DNA from: Gammaproteobacteria bacterium | GTDB taxonomy: Bacteria; Pseudomonadota; Gammaproteobacteria; Steroidobacterales; Woeseiaceae | Reading direction: 5' to 3' | Assembly: GCA_029881055.1 (NCBI GenBank) | Contig: JAOUNH010000001.1 | Location: 1 to 63,111, forward strand | Length of the DNA stretch: 63,111 nucleotides | In this document: positions 8,609 through 16,923 of the stretch, piece after piece | How positions within the stretch are numbered: the first letter of the stretch is position 1 | Layout of the letters: every line of letters begins with the position of its first letter | Notes under the pieces: generated by a model | The model's database searches: none | What the model saw: only the letters and a program-made list of their open reading frames with translations | What the model was told of the DNA's origin: nothing | Made by a program: the position numbers and the translations under genes

Positions 8609-9421
8609 ATGAGAAGATCTACCGCTGCAAAAGGACTGTATGCCGCCCTCGCACTCACACTGGTTTCAGCCTGCGGCCAGGAGGCGGCCCCGCCCGCGGC
8701 TACCGAACCGGTTGCAGAAGTCGCCGCGCCCGCTGTTTCCGTTTACGAAGCAGCACTGAACAATGCGCTTCGCCCTGAGGCGGACCGCGAGCGTGACGCC
8801 GATCGAAAGCCCGCAGAAATCCTGGAGTTTCTCGGAATCATGCCGGGCATGACCGTACTGGATATTTTTACCGGTGACGGTTGGTACTCGGAAGTCATTG
8901 CGTACGTGGTCGGCGACACCGGCAAGGTTATTGCGCATTCGAATGAGGCCTACAAGAATTTCGTCGGCAATGCGCTCGAAGAGCGCTTCGGTTCCGGGCG
9001 CGTGTCGCAAGCTGAAATTCTCATGGCCGAAAACAATCAGCTCGCGCTTGAAGCGGACAGCCTGGACGCGGTGATGATGTCCATGACATTCCATGATATC
9101 TACCACGCCGATGTCGAAAACGGCTGGGAGCAAATTGACGGCCCGGCGTTTCTTGCCGAACTCAAAAACGGCCTGAAACCCGGTGGCATCGTCGCCATTA
9201 TCGACCACAGGGCGGCGGCTGGCGCACCGCCGGAGACGGGCGACACGCTGCATCGAATCGACCCGGCACTCGTCATCGCGAAAATGGAGGCCGCCGGTTT
9301 CGTCCTCGAAGCGGAAAGTGACCTTTTGAGAAACCCCGACGACGACCTCAGCAAAGTTGTTTTTGCACCCGACATCCGCGGCAAGACGGATCGCTTCGTG
9401 ATGCGCTTCAGGAAACCCTGA
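8609..9421 (+). CDS. Predicted class I SAM-dependent methyltransferase-fold lipoprotein
   Basis: Lipoprotein signal (LALTLVSACGQ) and a methyltransferase motif I-like segment (VLDIFTGDGWYSEV). The fold assignment is by resemblance only. Confidence 0.65.
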   Translation: MRRSTAAKGLYAALALTLVSACGQEAAPPAATEPVAEVAAPAVSVYEAALNNALRPEADRERDADRKPAEILEFLGIMPGMTVLDIFTGDGWYSEVIAYVVGDTGKVIAHSNEAYKNFVGNALEERFGSGRVSQAEILMAENNQLALEADSLDAVMMSMTFHDIYHADVENGWEQIDGPAFLAELKNGLKPGGIVAIIDHRAAAGAPPETGDTLHRIDPALVIAKMEAAGFVLEAESDLLRNPDDDLSKVVFAPDIRGKTDRFVMRFRKP

Positions 9422-9424
9422 ATA

Positions 9425-10954
9425 ATGCGCAACGTCTATTTCGCTTTGTGGATGATCCTGCTCGCCGCCTGTACGCGCGGCGAGCGCGATTATTCGGAAA
9501 CGGAGATCGCGAATCTGCACGACCAGATGCAACGCGGCGAACTCAGTTCCGAAGCGCTGGTTCGCTGGTATATCGATCGCATCGAAACAATCGATCGCGC
9601 CGGACCCCGATTGAACGCCATGATAGAGATCAACCCTGACGCGCTGAATATTTCCCGTGCTCTCGATCAGGAGTGGCAAACGTCGGGTCCACGAGGACCG
9701 CTCCACGGAATCCCGGTCGTACTCAAAGCGAACATCGACACCAATGACCGGATGCACACGAGTGCCGGATCGCTGGCGCTGGCCGAACACGTTCCGCCGC
9801 AGGATGCGTTTGTCGTCAAGCGACTGCGCGATTCCGGTGCTGTGATCCTGGGCAAAGCCAATCTCAGTGAGTGGGCGAATTTTCGCTCGACACGTTCGTC
9901 GAGTGGCTGGAGCAGCGTTGCCGGACAGACCCTGAATCCTTACGCCCCGGCACGTTCGCCGTGCGGATCCTCGTCCGGTTCGGCGGTCGCAACAGCCGCG
10001 AATCTGACCGCCGTGTCCGTCGGCACGGAAACCGATGGTTCAGTTGTGTGCCCCGCCGGCACTAACGGCATCGTCGGTATCAAGCCGACTATCGGGCTCG
10101 TCAGTCGCAGCGGCATCATTCCCATCGCACATAGCCAGGACACGGCCGGACCGATGGCACGCAGTGTGCGTGATGCCGCGATACTGCTGACAGCAATGAC
10201 GGGCACGGATCCCGACGATCCTGCAACCCACAATGCGGAAACACACATCGACTACTCCGCCAACCTGACGGCTGACGCGCTGAATGGCAAACGAATCGGC
10301 GTGATTCGCGGCTGGTACGGCGAAGGCTCGCACCCCGGCCTGGACGCAATCTATCAAGCGAATATCGACTCTCTGCGCGCAGCTGGCGCGACCATAATCG
10401 ACGACATCAGGATCGATATGGGCGAAATGTCCGATGCATCCTATGAGGTGCTGCTGTACGAATTTCGAGCGGATCTGAATAGCTACCTGAAAGACTCCTC
10501 GGCACCCGTTCAAAGTCTCGCCGACTTGATCGAGTACAACGAAGCCAGCGCCGACGCAGTTATGCCTATATTCGGCCAGGAAATATTTCTGGCGGCGGAG
10601 GCGAAAGGACCATTGACCGAAGAAGCGTATCTGTCGGCACTGGAAGCCGGCCGAGACGTTGCCCAGCAAACGATGGACGGGATTTTCGCAGAACATGGGC
10701 TGGATGCACTCATCGCCCCGACTAACGGCCCTGCGTGGATGATTGACCACATCAACGGTGACTTCTTTGGCGCAGGCAGCTCATCGCTGGCGGCAATTTC
10801 CGGCTACCCCAACATCACCGTACCAGCGGGCTTCGTATCAGGCATGCCTGTAGGCCTATCCTTCATGGGGCTTGCCTGGAATGAGAAACGCCTCATAGAG
10901 ATCGCATACGCATTCGAGCAGACTACAAAGGTCCGTACGCCACCTGATCTTTGA
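9425..10954 (+). CDS. Amidase (amidase-signature family), exported lipoprotein
   Basis: AS-family signature (GGSSSGSAVA-type: PCGSSSGSAVATAAN; GTETDGSVVCPA) with catalytic Lys context (VVLKANID). Lipobox is MILLAAC. Confidence 0.88.
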   Translation: MRNVYFALWMILLAACTRGERDYSETEIANLHDQMQRGELSSEALVRWYIDRIETIDRAGPRLNAMIEINPDALNISRALDQEWQTSGPRGPLHGIPVVLKANIDTNDRMHTSAGSLALAEHVPPQDAFVVKRLRDSGAVILGKANLSEWANFRSTRSSSGWSSVAGQTLNPYAPARSPCGSSSGSAVATAANLTAVSVGTETDGSVVCPAGTNGIVGIKPTIGLVSRSGIIPIAHSQDTAGPMARSVRDAAILLTAMTGTDPDDPATHNAETHIDYSANLTADALNGKRIGVIRGWYGEGSHPGLDAIYQANIDSLRAAGATIIDDIRIDMGEMSDASYEVLLYEFRADLNSYLKDSSAPVQSLADLIEYNEASADAVMPIFGQEIFLAAEAKGPLTEEAYLSALEAGRDVAQQTMDGIFAEHGLDALIAPTNGPAWMIDHINGDFFGAGSSSLAAISGYPNITVPAGFVSGMPVGLSFMGLAWNEKRLIEIAYAFEQTTKVRTPPDL

Positions 10955-10957
10955 CCC

Positions 10958-11728
10958 ATGTTCAAAGCGATTCGCATATCCATACTGCTGCTCATACTGC
11001 TCTTCGTCGGCCTCAGCACGTTTCTAACGCAGGCGAGGAGTACGGACTGGAACAACAGCCTGTGGATCAAGATTTACCCGATTAATGCTGACGGAAGTGC
11101 CGAGGCTGACAAATACATTGCAGAACTCGCAAGCTCGGACTTCGAAGGTATCGAATCCTTCCTCCAGCGCGAAGCGGAGCGCTATGCCAAGAATATCGAC
11201 CGGCCCGTACGCATCGAACTCGGTAGCGAAATCAAAGAGCAGCCACCCGCGCTCGAAGAACAACCTAACGCCCTGTCCGTGATGATGTGGTCACTGAAGA
11301 TGCGGTGGTGGGCCGGCAGCGTAACGGATGCGCAGGATCGTATTAATCCGGACGTGCGTATATTCGTTCGCTATCACAAACCGGATGTGGCCGTGACGCT
11401 CGAAAACTCCGTCGGCCTGCAGAAAGGCATGGTCGGCATCGTCAACGGCTATGCCAGTCGCCGACACCGCGGCACGAATAACGTGATCATCGCGCACGAA
11501 TTCCTGCATACACTCGGTGCCACCGACAAGTACCGCGCGTCCGACGGACTACCGACCGCACCGGACGGTCTCGGCGAACCCGATCGGCAACCCCTGTATC
11601 CACAGCGCTATGCCGAAATCATGGGTGGACGTATTGCATTAGCTGAAGATGACGCGGTGATACCCAAAACCCTGAAGTACGCGGTCATCGGCGCGCTGAC
11701 CGCCAGCGAGATAAATCTCTCAGAGTAG
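10958..11728 (+). CDS. Membrane-anchored hypothetical protein with HExxH zinc-metallopeptidase-like motif
   Basis: N-terminal TM helix (ISILLLILLFVGLSTFL) and the motif IIAHEFLHTLGATDKY. It is tightly packed between the amidase and the ABC ATPase. Confidence 0.55.
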   Translation: MFKAIRISILLLILLFVGLSTFLTQARSTDWNNSLWIKIYPINADGSAEADKYIAELASSDFEGIESFLQREAERYAKNIDRPVRIELGSEIKEQPPALEEQPNALSVMMWSLKMRWWAGSVTDAQDRINPDVRIFVRYHKPDVAVTLENSVGLQKGMVGIVNGYASRRHRGTNNVIIAHEFLHTLGATDKYRASDGLPTAPDGLGEPDRQPLYPQRYAEIMGGRIALAEDDAVIPKTLKYAVIGALTASEINLSE

Positions 11729-11742
11729 GCTACGCTCCCCGA

Positions 11743-12537
11743 ATGCAAGAGGACGCGACCAGACTTTTTTCCTGCACGAACCTTGGCGTCGAAGTGGCCG
11801 GGCGAACGCTCGTCGATGCGCTTGCAATGACCGTTGCACGCGGCGAAGTGATCGCCGTGCTCGGCCAGAATGGTGCGGGAAAAACTCTGACGCTGCATAC
11901 CCTGGCCGGACTTCGACCGGCACGCACAGGATCGATTCATTTATTGGGTACCGACATCGCGCACAGCAAGCGATACCAGGTAGCGAAACACCTTGCACTG
12001 CTTCCACAGCATGTCGATGACATTTTTCCCTCGACCGTCACTGATACGGTGCTCATCGGTCGTCATCCTCACATTGGCCGCCTGAATTGGGAGTCACAGC
12101 AGGACCTCGACATTGCGACAGCAGCGCTCGCATCTGTCGATCTTGAAGCTCTCGCCAATCGTGACGTGCTGACTTTGTCCGGCGGCGAGCGCCGCCGACT
12201 CGCCATCGCACAGGTCCTGACCCAGGCACCGGATCTGTACCTGCTCGATGAACCGACGAATCACCTCGATCCGCAGCATCAGCTCGATGCACTGCGGCTG
12301 TTCCGGAAAAAAGCCGACGCCGGCGCAGCAGTGATCGCCAGTTTGCACGACGTCAATCTCGCGGTGCGTTTTGCAGACCGCTGTTTGCTGCTCTTTGGCG
12401 ATGGTCGCTGGGATCTTGGCGCGACGTCCGAGATCCTGAATTCGTCACGACTGAGTCAACTTTATGCCACACCGATGGAGGCCGTCCGCTGGCGCAATCG
12501 CGAGTTGTTTGTCGCCTCAGGCGACGTAGCCCTTTAG
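11743..12537 (+). CDS. ABC transporter ATP-binding protein, BtuD/FepC/HmuV type
   Basis: Walker A (GQNGAGKT), ABC signature (LSGGERRR) and Walker B (LYLLDEPTNHLD). No permease gene is adjacent. Confidence 0.88.
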   Translation: MQEDATRLFSCTNLGVEVAGRTLVDALAMTVARGEVIAVLGQNGAGKTLTLHTLAGLRPARTGSIHLLGTDIAHSKRYQVAKHLALLPQHVDDIFPSTVTDTVLIGRHPHIGRLNWESQQDLDIATAALASVDLEALANRDVLTLSGGERRRLAIAQVLTQAPDLYLLDEPTNHLDPQHQLDALRLFRKKADAGAAVIASLHDVNLAVRFADRCLLLFGDGRWDLGATSEILNSSRLSQLYATPMEAVRWRNRELFVASGDVAL

Positions 12538-13350
12538 CTGATTCAGGAATTTTTCGTGCAACGAAGGGTTGGCAGCAAGCACTGAACGAATGTTGAGGTC
12601 GGGCTTGTCGCCGTTGAGGTTTGTAAAAACGCCGCCTGCCTCCGTAACAATCACCGACAAAGCTGCGACGTCAAGGATGTTGACGTCCGACTCGATGACC
12701 GCTTCGATTTTGCCAGCCGCCAGCAAATGGTAGTGATAGAAATCACCGTAACCACGAATGCGATCAGCGTGCTTCACAATATTGCCGAGGGCTAACCAGC
12801 CCTCACTCGCTGCAAGTGACTTCAGGTTGCCGGTTGAAACTGCGGCCCGGTCCGGATCGTATATTTCACTGACCAGAAGACGCTTGCCATTCAACCATGC
12901 GCCCTGTCCTTTCTCGGCCCAGGCCAGTTCATCCATCATCGTGCCGCTCGACACGCCGAGTATCAGTTCGCCCGCATGCATCAGGGCTATCTGGGTAGAG
13001 AAGAACGGGTACTGGCGAACGAAACCTTTGGTACCGTCAATCGGATCGACCAGCCAAAGGAAGTCTGCGTCAGCCTGCGTTTGGCCCGTTTCTTCACCAT
13101 AGAAGCCGTGCTCGGGAAAAGCGCTGAGAATCACGTTGCGGATCGCCTGTTCGCACTCGACATCCGCCTGCGTCACGGGCGTCATGTCCGCTTTCGTCGT
13201 GACCGTAAAGTTTCCCGCGTAATAACGGCGACTGATGTCGGCGGCCTTGTCTGCTGCGGCCAATGCTACCTTGAGGTAGTCGGATGCGTTTTCCGCGTTA
13301 AAGCTTTCCACCTGGCGTGTCTGACCTGAAGTTGGTGCCGGAGCTCGCAA
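12517..13350 (-). CDS. Inositol monophosphatase-family phosphatase (IMPase/HisN-like)
   Basis: IMPase motifs are present (FYGEE, WLVDPIDGTKGF, and GDFYHYHLLAAG in the C-terminal motif region). The 3' end overlaps the convergent ABC ATPase gene by 21 nt. Confidence 0.82.
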   Translation of the reverse strand: MRAPAPTSGQTRQVESFNAENASDYLKVALAAADKAADISRRYYAGNFTVTTKADMTPVTQADVECEQAIRNVILSAFPEHGFYGEETGQTQADADFLWLVDPIDGTKGFVRQYPFFSTQIALMHAGELILGVSSGTMMDELAWAEKGQGAWLNGKRLLVSEIYDPDRAAVSTGNLKSLAASEGWLALGNIVKHADRIRGYGDFYHYHLLAAGKIEAVIESDVNILDVAALSVIVTEAGGVFTNLNGDKPDLNIRSVLAANPSLHEKFLNQLKGYVA

Positions 13351-13423
13351 CTATGGCCGCTGCCGGGAGCAGAAACAAGCGTCGTTTCTTGACAGTCCGC
13401 GGGCGCCTACCTATCGTCCGGGC

Positions 13424-13972
13424 ATGGGACACCGACTCAGCAAAATATATACGCGCACCGGCGACGACGGAACGACAGGCCTTGGCGACGGCAGCCGCGT
13501 GCCAAAATACTCGGTGCGGGTAGAGGCCTACGGGACCGTCGACGAAGCGAATTCTTGTCTTGGCGTGCTGCTCGCAATGAGCTCCATACCGGCTGATGTC
13601 CGGGCCTGCCTGACCGAAGTGCAACACGACCTTTTTGAACTTGGCGGCGAACTTTGCATTCCCGGACACACTGCAATGACACAGGCACACATCGATCGCC
13701 TTGAATCCGCCCTGGATGGTTTCAACGAAGACCTCCCAATGCTTAAGGAGTTCATCCTGCCCGGCGGTAGCCCGGCGGCCGCGGCCTGTCACCTGGCGCG
13801 CACCGTAGTGCGGCGTGCCGAGCGAAGGGTCGCAACGCTTGCCGATGACGAGGATATTCGCCCGGAAACGGGCATGTACCTGAACCGGCTGTCCGATTTG
13901 CTGTTTGTTATCGCGCGGGTATTGGCGCGTGCCGACAATGGCGAGGAAGTGCTCTGGAACCGGGACCGCTAG
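13424..13972 (+). CDS. ATP:cob(I)alamin adenosyltransferase, PduO type
   Basis: Diagnostic N-terminus (KIYTRTGDDGTTGL) and the conserved LPGG segment. Length is 182 aa. Confidence 0.9.
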   Translation: MGHRLSKIYTRTGDDGTTGLGDGSRVPKYSVRVEAYGTVDEANSCLGVLLAMSSIPADVRACLTEVQHDLFELGGELCIPGHTAMTQAHIDRLESALDGFNEDLPMLKEFILPGGSPAAAACHLARTVVRRAERRVATLADDEDIRPETGMYLNRLSDLLFVIARVLARADNGEEVLWNRDR

Positions 13973-13981
13973 GGTGCGCAC

Positions 13982-14512
13982 ATGAACTGGGAAGCACTGG
14001 GTGCGATTTCGGAAGCAGCGGGTGCAATCGCGATACTCGTTTCGCTCATCTACGTCGCGGTTCAGATTCGCCAGAATACCCAGGAATTCAAGCGCGGTGT
14101 CGAATCGAGCGAACTGGCGGCTTTCGAACGCAACATCGAGGCGTCCAATCGCGTTCGGGAATTACTCTTTTTGCACCCCGAGGTGACCGAATTATTGCTG
14201 AAGGGATTCAAGAGCCAGAGTCAATTGAAATCCGCAGACAGATTCCGATTTGGGATGCTGATGCGCAATCTCTTCAACTCCATGCAAGGCGCATATATCC
14301 GCCAACTGGTGATGGAACACGACTCAAATCAGTTCGAAGGCGGCAAACTGTTGCTCGATGACTTTCTTGCCAATCCCGGCGTGCGCGAATGGCTGGATAT
14401 TAATACACCGGATTGGCGCCCTGAGTTCAAGGCTTTAGTTGAAGCGCGACTTGCGGCTACAAGATCAAGAATGGCAGATGCCGAACAGGACGTGCGCACC
14501 GAAGAACAATAA
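13982..14512 (+). CDS. Hypothetical single-pass membrane protein (paralog 1)
   Basis: The N-terminus MNWEALGAISEAAGAIAILVSLIYVAVQIRQNT is shared with the next ORF and is followed by a helical domain. Confidence 0.6.
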   Translation: MNWEALGAISEAAGAIAILVSLIYVAVQIRQNTQEFKRGVESSELAAFERNIEASNRVRELLFLHPEVTELLLKGFKSQSQLKSADRFRFGMLMRNLFNSMQGAYIRQLVMEHDSNQFEGGKLLLDDFLANPGVREWLDINTPDWRPEFKALVEARLAATRSRMADAEQDVRTEEQ

Positions 14513-14530
14513 CGAGAACAGGTATATCAG

Positions 14531-15016
14531 ATGAACTGGGAGGCGATAGGGGCTATTGGAGAACTGGTCGGCGCGATCGGTGTGGTGGTCACGCTGATAT
14601 ACCTCGCGTACCAGATTCGCCAGAACACCGAACAATTGGAGAAAAGTACACTGGCGGCAAAAGCCGCCGCACAAAACGCGAGTAACGAAGCTTTGCGAGA
14701 GAATCGCAAAGCCATATTCGAGTCCCCTGAAATGGCCGAGATATGGCATCACGGCAATCACTCCCCGGAAACGCTCGATGTCCTTCCCAAGCTGCGCTAT
14801 CGGCTGATCATGCAAAACGTCACCGAGGTCATGCTGGAGATCTATACGCAGACATTGATAACGAGTTTTTCACCGGAAACCTGGAAAACACAGGGAGTTT
14901 CCCTGGTGAAAAGAGTGCTGGCGACGCCTGGTGGCCAATGGTTCTGGGCAAGTTTTGCAGACAACTACCCTGCCGGCTTTCAGGCTGAAGTCAATCGCAT
15001 TTTGTCGCAGGAGTGA
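14531..15016 (+). CDS. Hypothetical single-pass membrane protein (paralog 2)
   Basis: The N-terminus MNWEAIGAIGELVGAIGVVVTLIYLAYQIRQNT is clearly homologous to the preceding ORF, and the two diverge after about residue 35. Confidence 0.6.
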   Translation: MNWEAIGAIGELVGAIGVVVTLIYLAYQIRQNTEQLEKSTLAAKAAAQNASNEALRENRKAIFESPEMAEIWHHGNHSPETLDVLPKLRYRLIMQNVTEVMLEIYTQTLITSFSPETWKTQGVSLVKRVLATPGGQWFWASFADNYPAGFQAEVNRILSQE

Positions 15017-15040
15017 GGCGCTCATTGAAAAGGTGAGAAC

Positions 15041-15451
15041 ATGAAATTCAAGTCTGCTGTGGATTGGTGGTATTACCTGGTGATCGTCGCGGCCACCGTC
15101 ATCGTGCTATTCGCAGTCATTCCACTAGTGCGCAGCGGTGAGCTTTCGATCGTATTTGGCGCAGCAACGATTATTGTGTCGCTGGGGCTGCCTGTCTGGC
15201 TGCTCTTTTCAACAAACTACCAGATCGATGCAAAATCGTTACGCATCAGATCCGGGCCCTTCGTCTGGATGATCGCGCTCGATGAAATACAGTCGATAGC
15301 ACCCAGCAAATCGGTGTTGTCGTCCCCTGCGCTCTCCCTGAATCGGCTCGAAATACTGTATGGTCGCGGTAAGCGCATTCTTGTGTCTCCGGCTAACCCT
15401 GTCGAATTTGTCGCTGCGGTGAACCAGGCAACTCGCACCAAAGTCCATTGA
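15041..15451 (+). CDS. Membrane protein with bacterial PH (bPH_2/YdbS-like) domain
   Basis: Two N-terminal TM helices are followed by the pattern YQIDAKSLRIRSGPF...I..I....SSPALSLNRLEILY, typical of bPH_2 proteins. Confidence 0.6.
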   Translation: MKFKSAVDWWYYLVIVAATVIVLFAVIPLVRSGELSIVFGAATIIVSLGLPVWLLFSTNYQIDAKSLRIRSGPFVWMIALDEIQSIAPSKSVLSSPALSLNRLEILYGRGKRILVSPANPVEFVAAVNQATRTKVH

Positions 15452-15477
15452 CACTGTGATTACCCGAAGGCAAACAC

Positions 15478-16203
15478 ATGACTGAAACCAGGCACTCAGC
15501 CGCGTGGCTACCCGCTGCGATTATTTCACTAGGAATTGCAGCCGCAGGCTATTTCGTCGGCCAGACCCTGTACAACTCGCAAGTCGGGATTAACACGGCG
15601 GACGTGAAAGGACTGGCGGAGCGCCGTGTGGAATCGGATCGCGCTTATTGGCGCATTCAATACACGGTGTCCGGAGAGGACAAAAACGCAATCCCGGCCT
15701 TATACGAGAAATCCAAAGAGGACCAGTCAAAGATCGTTTCGGTATTGCTGGCTAGCGGCTTCGATGCCGAGGAAGTATCCCCGGGTGTCGTTGACTACAA
15801 CCGGCTGGAGTTCAGGGACGATAACCAGAAGCTGGTTGATGAGAAGTACGTCCTGACCGGTTCCATTGAGGTGGAGACGGCAAAAGTCCGGCAAGTGTCG
15901 GCAGCGCGCGCCAAACTGAACGAGCTCATCGCATTAGGTATCGACATTCGCAATAACGCGCCGTCGTATTACTTCACCACCCTCAATGACATCAAGCCCG
16001 AAATGCTGAAGGAAGCGACGACCAATGCGCGGCTTGCCGCGAACGAATTTGCAGCCAACGCCGGCGTTTCGGTCGGCGGCATCCGGAGTGCGGTCCAGGG
16101 CGGGTTCATCATTCGGGATGTGGGCGACAATTACAGCGACACTCAAAAGATCGAGAAAGATGTTCGCGTGGTGACAACGATTACTTTTTACCTGACCGAG
16201 TAA
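15478..16203 (+). CDS. SIMPL (DUF541) domain protein
   Basis: 241 aa with an N-terminal anchor. The C-terminal pattern (ANEFAANAGVSVGGIRSAVQG) is typical of the SIMPL/26-kDa periplasmic immunogenic protein family. Confidence 0.75.
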   Translation: MTETRHSAAWLPAAIISLGIAAAGYFVGQTLYNSQVGINTADVKGLAERRVESDRAYWRIQYTVSGEDKNAIPALYEKSKEDQSKIVSVLLASGFDAEEVSPGVVDYNRLEFRDDNQKLVDEKYVLTGSIEVETAKVRQVSAARAKLNELIALGIDIRNNAPSYYFTTLNDIKPEMLKEATTNARLAANEFAANAGVSVGGIRSAVQGGFIIRDVGDNYSDTQKIEKDVRVVTTITFYLTE

Positions 16204-16331
16204 GAAGCGATTCCCCTGCCAGGCCCTGTACTTATTGGGGCCTTTGGACGACCATCCGCGGTCGCCCCATGGACAACTTGGGCACAACCCGCCTCGGCAA
16301 CAAAAACAACTTACCCGTTGAAATGTACCTT

Positions 16332-16361
16332 CTCCTGGGTGTCTAATTAGCCACCCAGGAG
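16332..16361 (+). promoter_or_regulatory. 10-bp perfect hairpin that includes most of the Shine-Dalgarno of the 38-aa ORF
   Basis: CTCCTGGGTG (16332-16341) pairs with CACCCAGGAG (16352-16361) across a 10-nt loop. The SD AGGAGG occupies 16357-16362. Confidence 0.35.
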
Positions 16362-16372
16362 GTGGCTCGGCC

Positions 16373-16489
16373 ATGTCAAAAGAACGCAACGCAGTTAAGG
16401 AAGCCCGGAAAAAACCGGCAATGACCCCGAAAGAGAAAAAGGCCGCAAAGCGCCTGAAAAAGGAAGCCACGAAGAATCCGTTTCATTGA
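16373..16489 (+). CDS. Small (38 aa) lysine-rich basic protein, hypothetical
   Basis: The ORF is below the track cutoff and translates to MSKERNAVKEARKKPAMTPKEKKAAKRLKKEATKNPFH. A strong AGGAGG lies 10 nt upstream of the ATG. Confidence 0.35.
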   Translation: MSKERNAVKEARKKPAMTPKEKKAAKRLKKEATKNPFH

Positions 16490-16707
16490 TTCCCGGCGGC
16501 GGCCACAGTCCGCTCAAGCTCGCGGTCCGACTTGATCTTGCCATCGGGCGACAGCACAAAGTGACTCAGGCGAAAGCCGATAAAGAAGCTTCCCGTCTCG
16601 TCCGGGTTTTCTGATACATCGATTTCGTCCGGCTGCACATTGCGCTTCGTGTACTCACTCAAGAGCATGGCGATGCTGGGTTTCTCTGCTGCGTATACGA
16701 TGTCCAT
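16483..16707 (-). CDS. Small acidic hypothetical protein (74 aa)
   Basis: AGGAGA lies 5 nt upstream of the ATG. The 3' end overlaps the convergent 38-aa ORF by 7 nt. Confidence 0.45.
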   Translation of the reverse strand: MDIVYAAEKPSIAMLLSEYTKRNVQPDEIDVSENPDETGSFFIGFRLSHFVLSPDGKIKSDRELERTVAAAGNQ

Positions 16708-16923
16708 GTCGATCTCCTATCGAACCTTCCATTGCGGTTCGATTGCAGGATATGTCTGCAACGCTTAACCCAAAGTGAATTTTTCTTGAACGGCGCCTGA
16801 ACGGCAGGCGATTCAAGCGAGTTTCTATGACATCAATGCAGCGTCGGGGAGGCCGAGTGGTCTGGGCTGCATCCTTGGGATAAACTCGGTCAAAGCAACC
16901 CAACCCGGTTAACAGGATTCATC

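Noticed and set aside
8666-9790. 374-aa minus-strand ORF spanning the methyltransferase and amidase genes. Similar long antisense ORFs lie at 6978-7682, 10040-10750, 13298-13981, 15934-16470, 17308-17880, 34668-35303, 39144-39719, 46534-47271, 49713-50444, 53992-54570, 55020-55691 and 62078-62872.
   Set aside because: Each lies opposite a CDS with clear family signatures. They cross gene boundaries, lack RBS and motifs, and have the composition typical of GC-rich antisense frames.
16719-16745. GGTTCGAT sequence resembling a tRNA T-arm
   Set aside because: There is no acceptor stem, D-arm or anticodon arm in the flanking sequence. It is one arm of an 8-bp inverted repeat in a 5' UTR. No tRNA or rRNA gene was recognised anywhere in the window.
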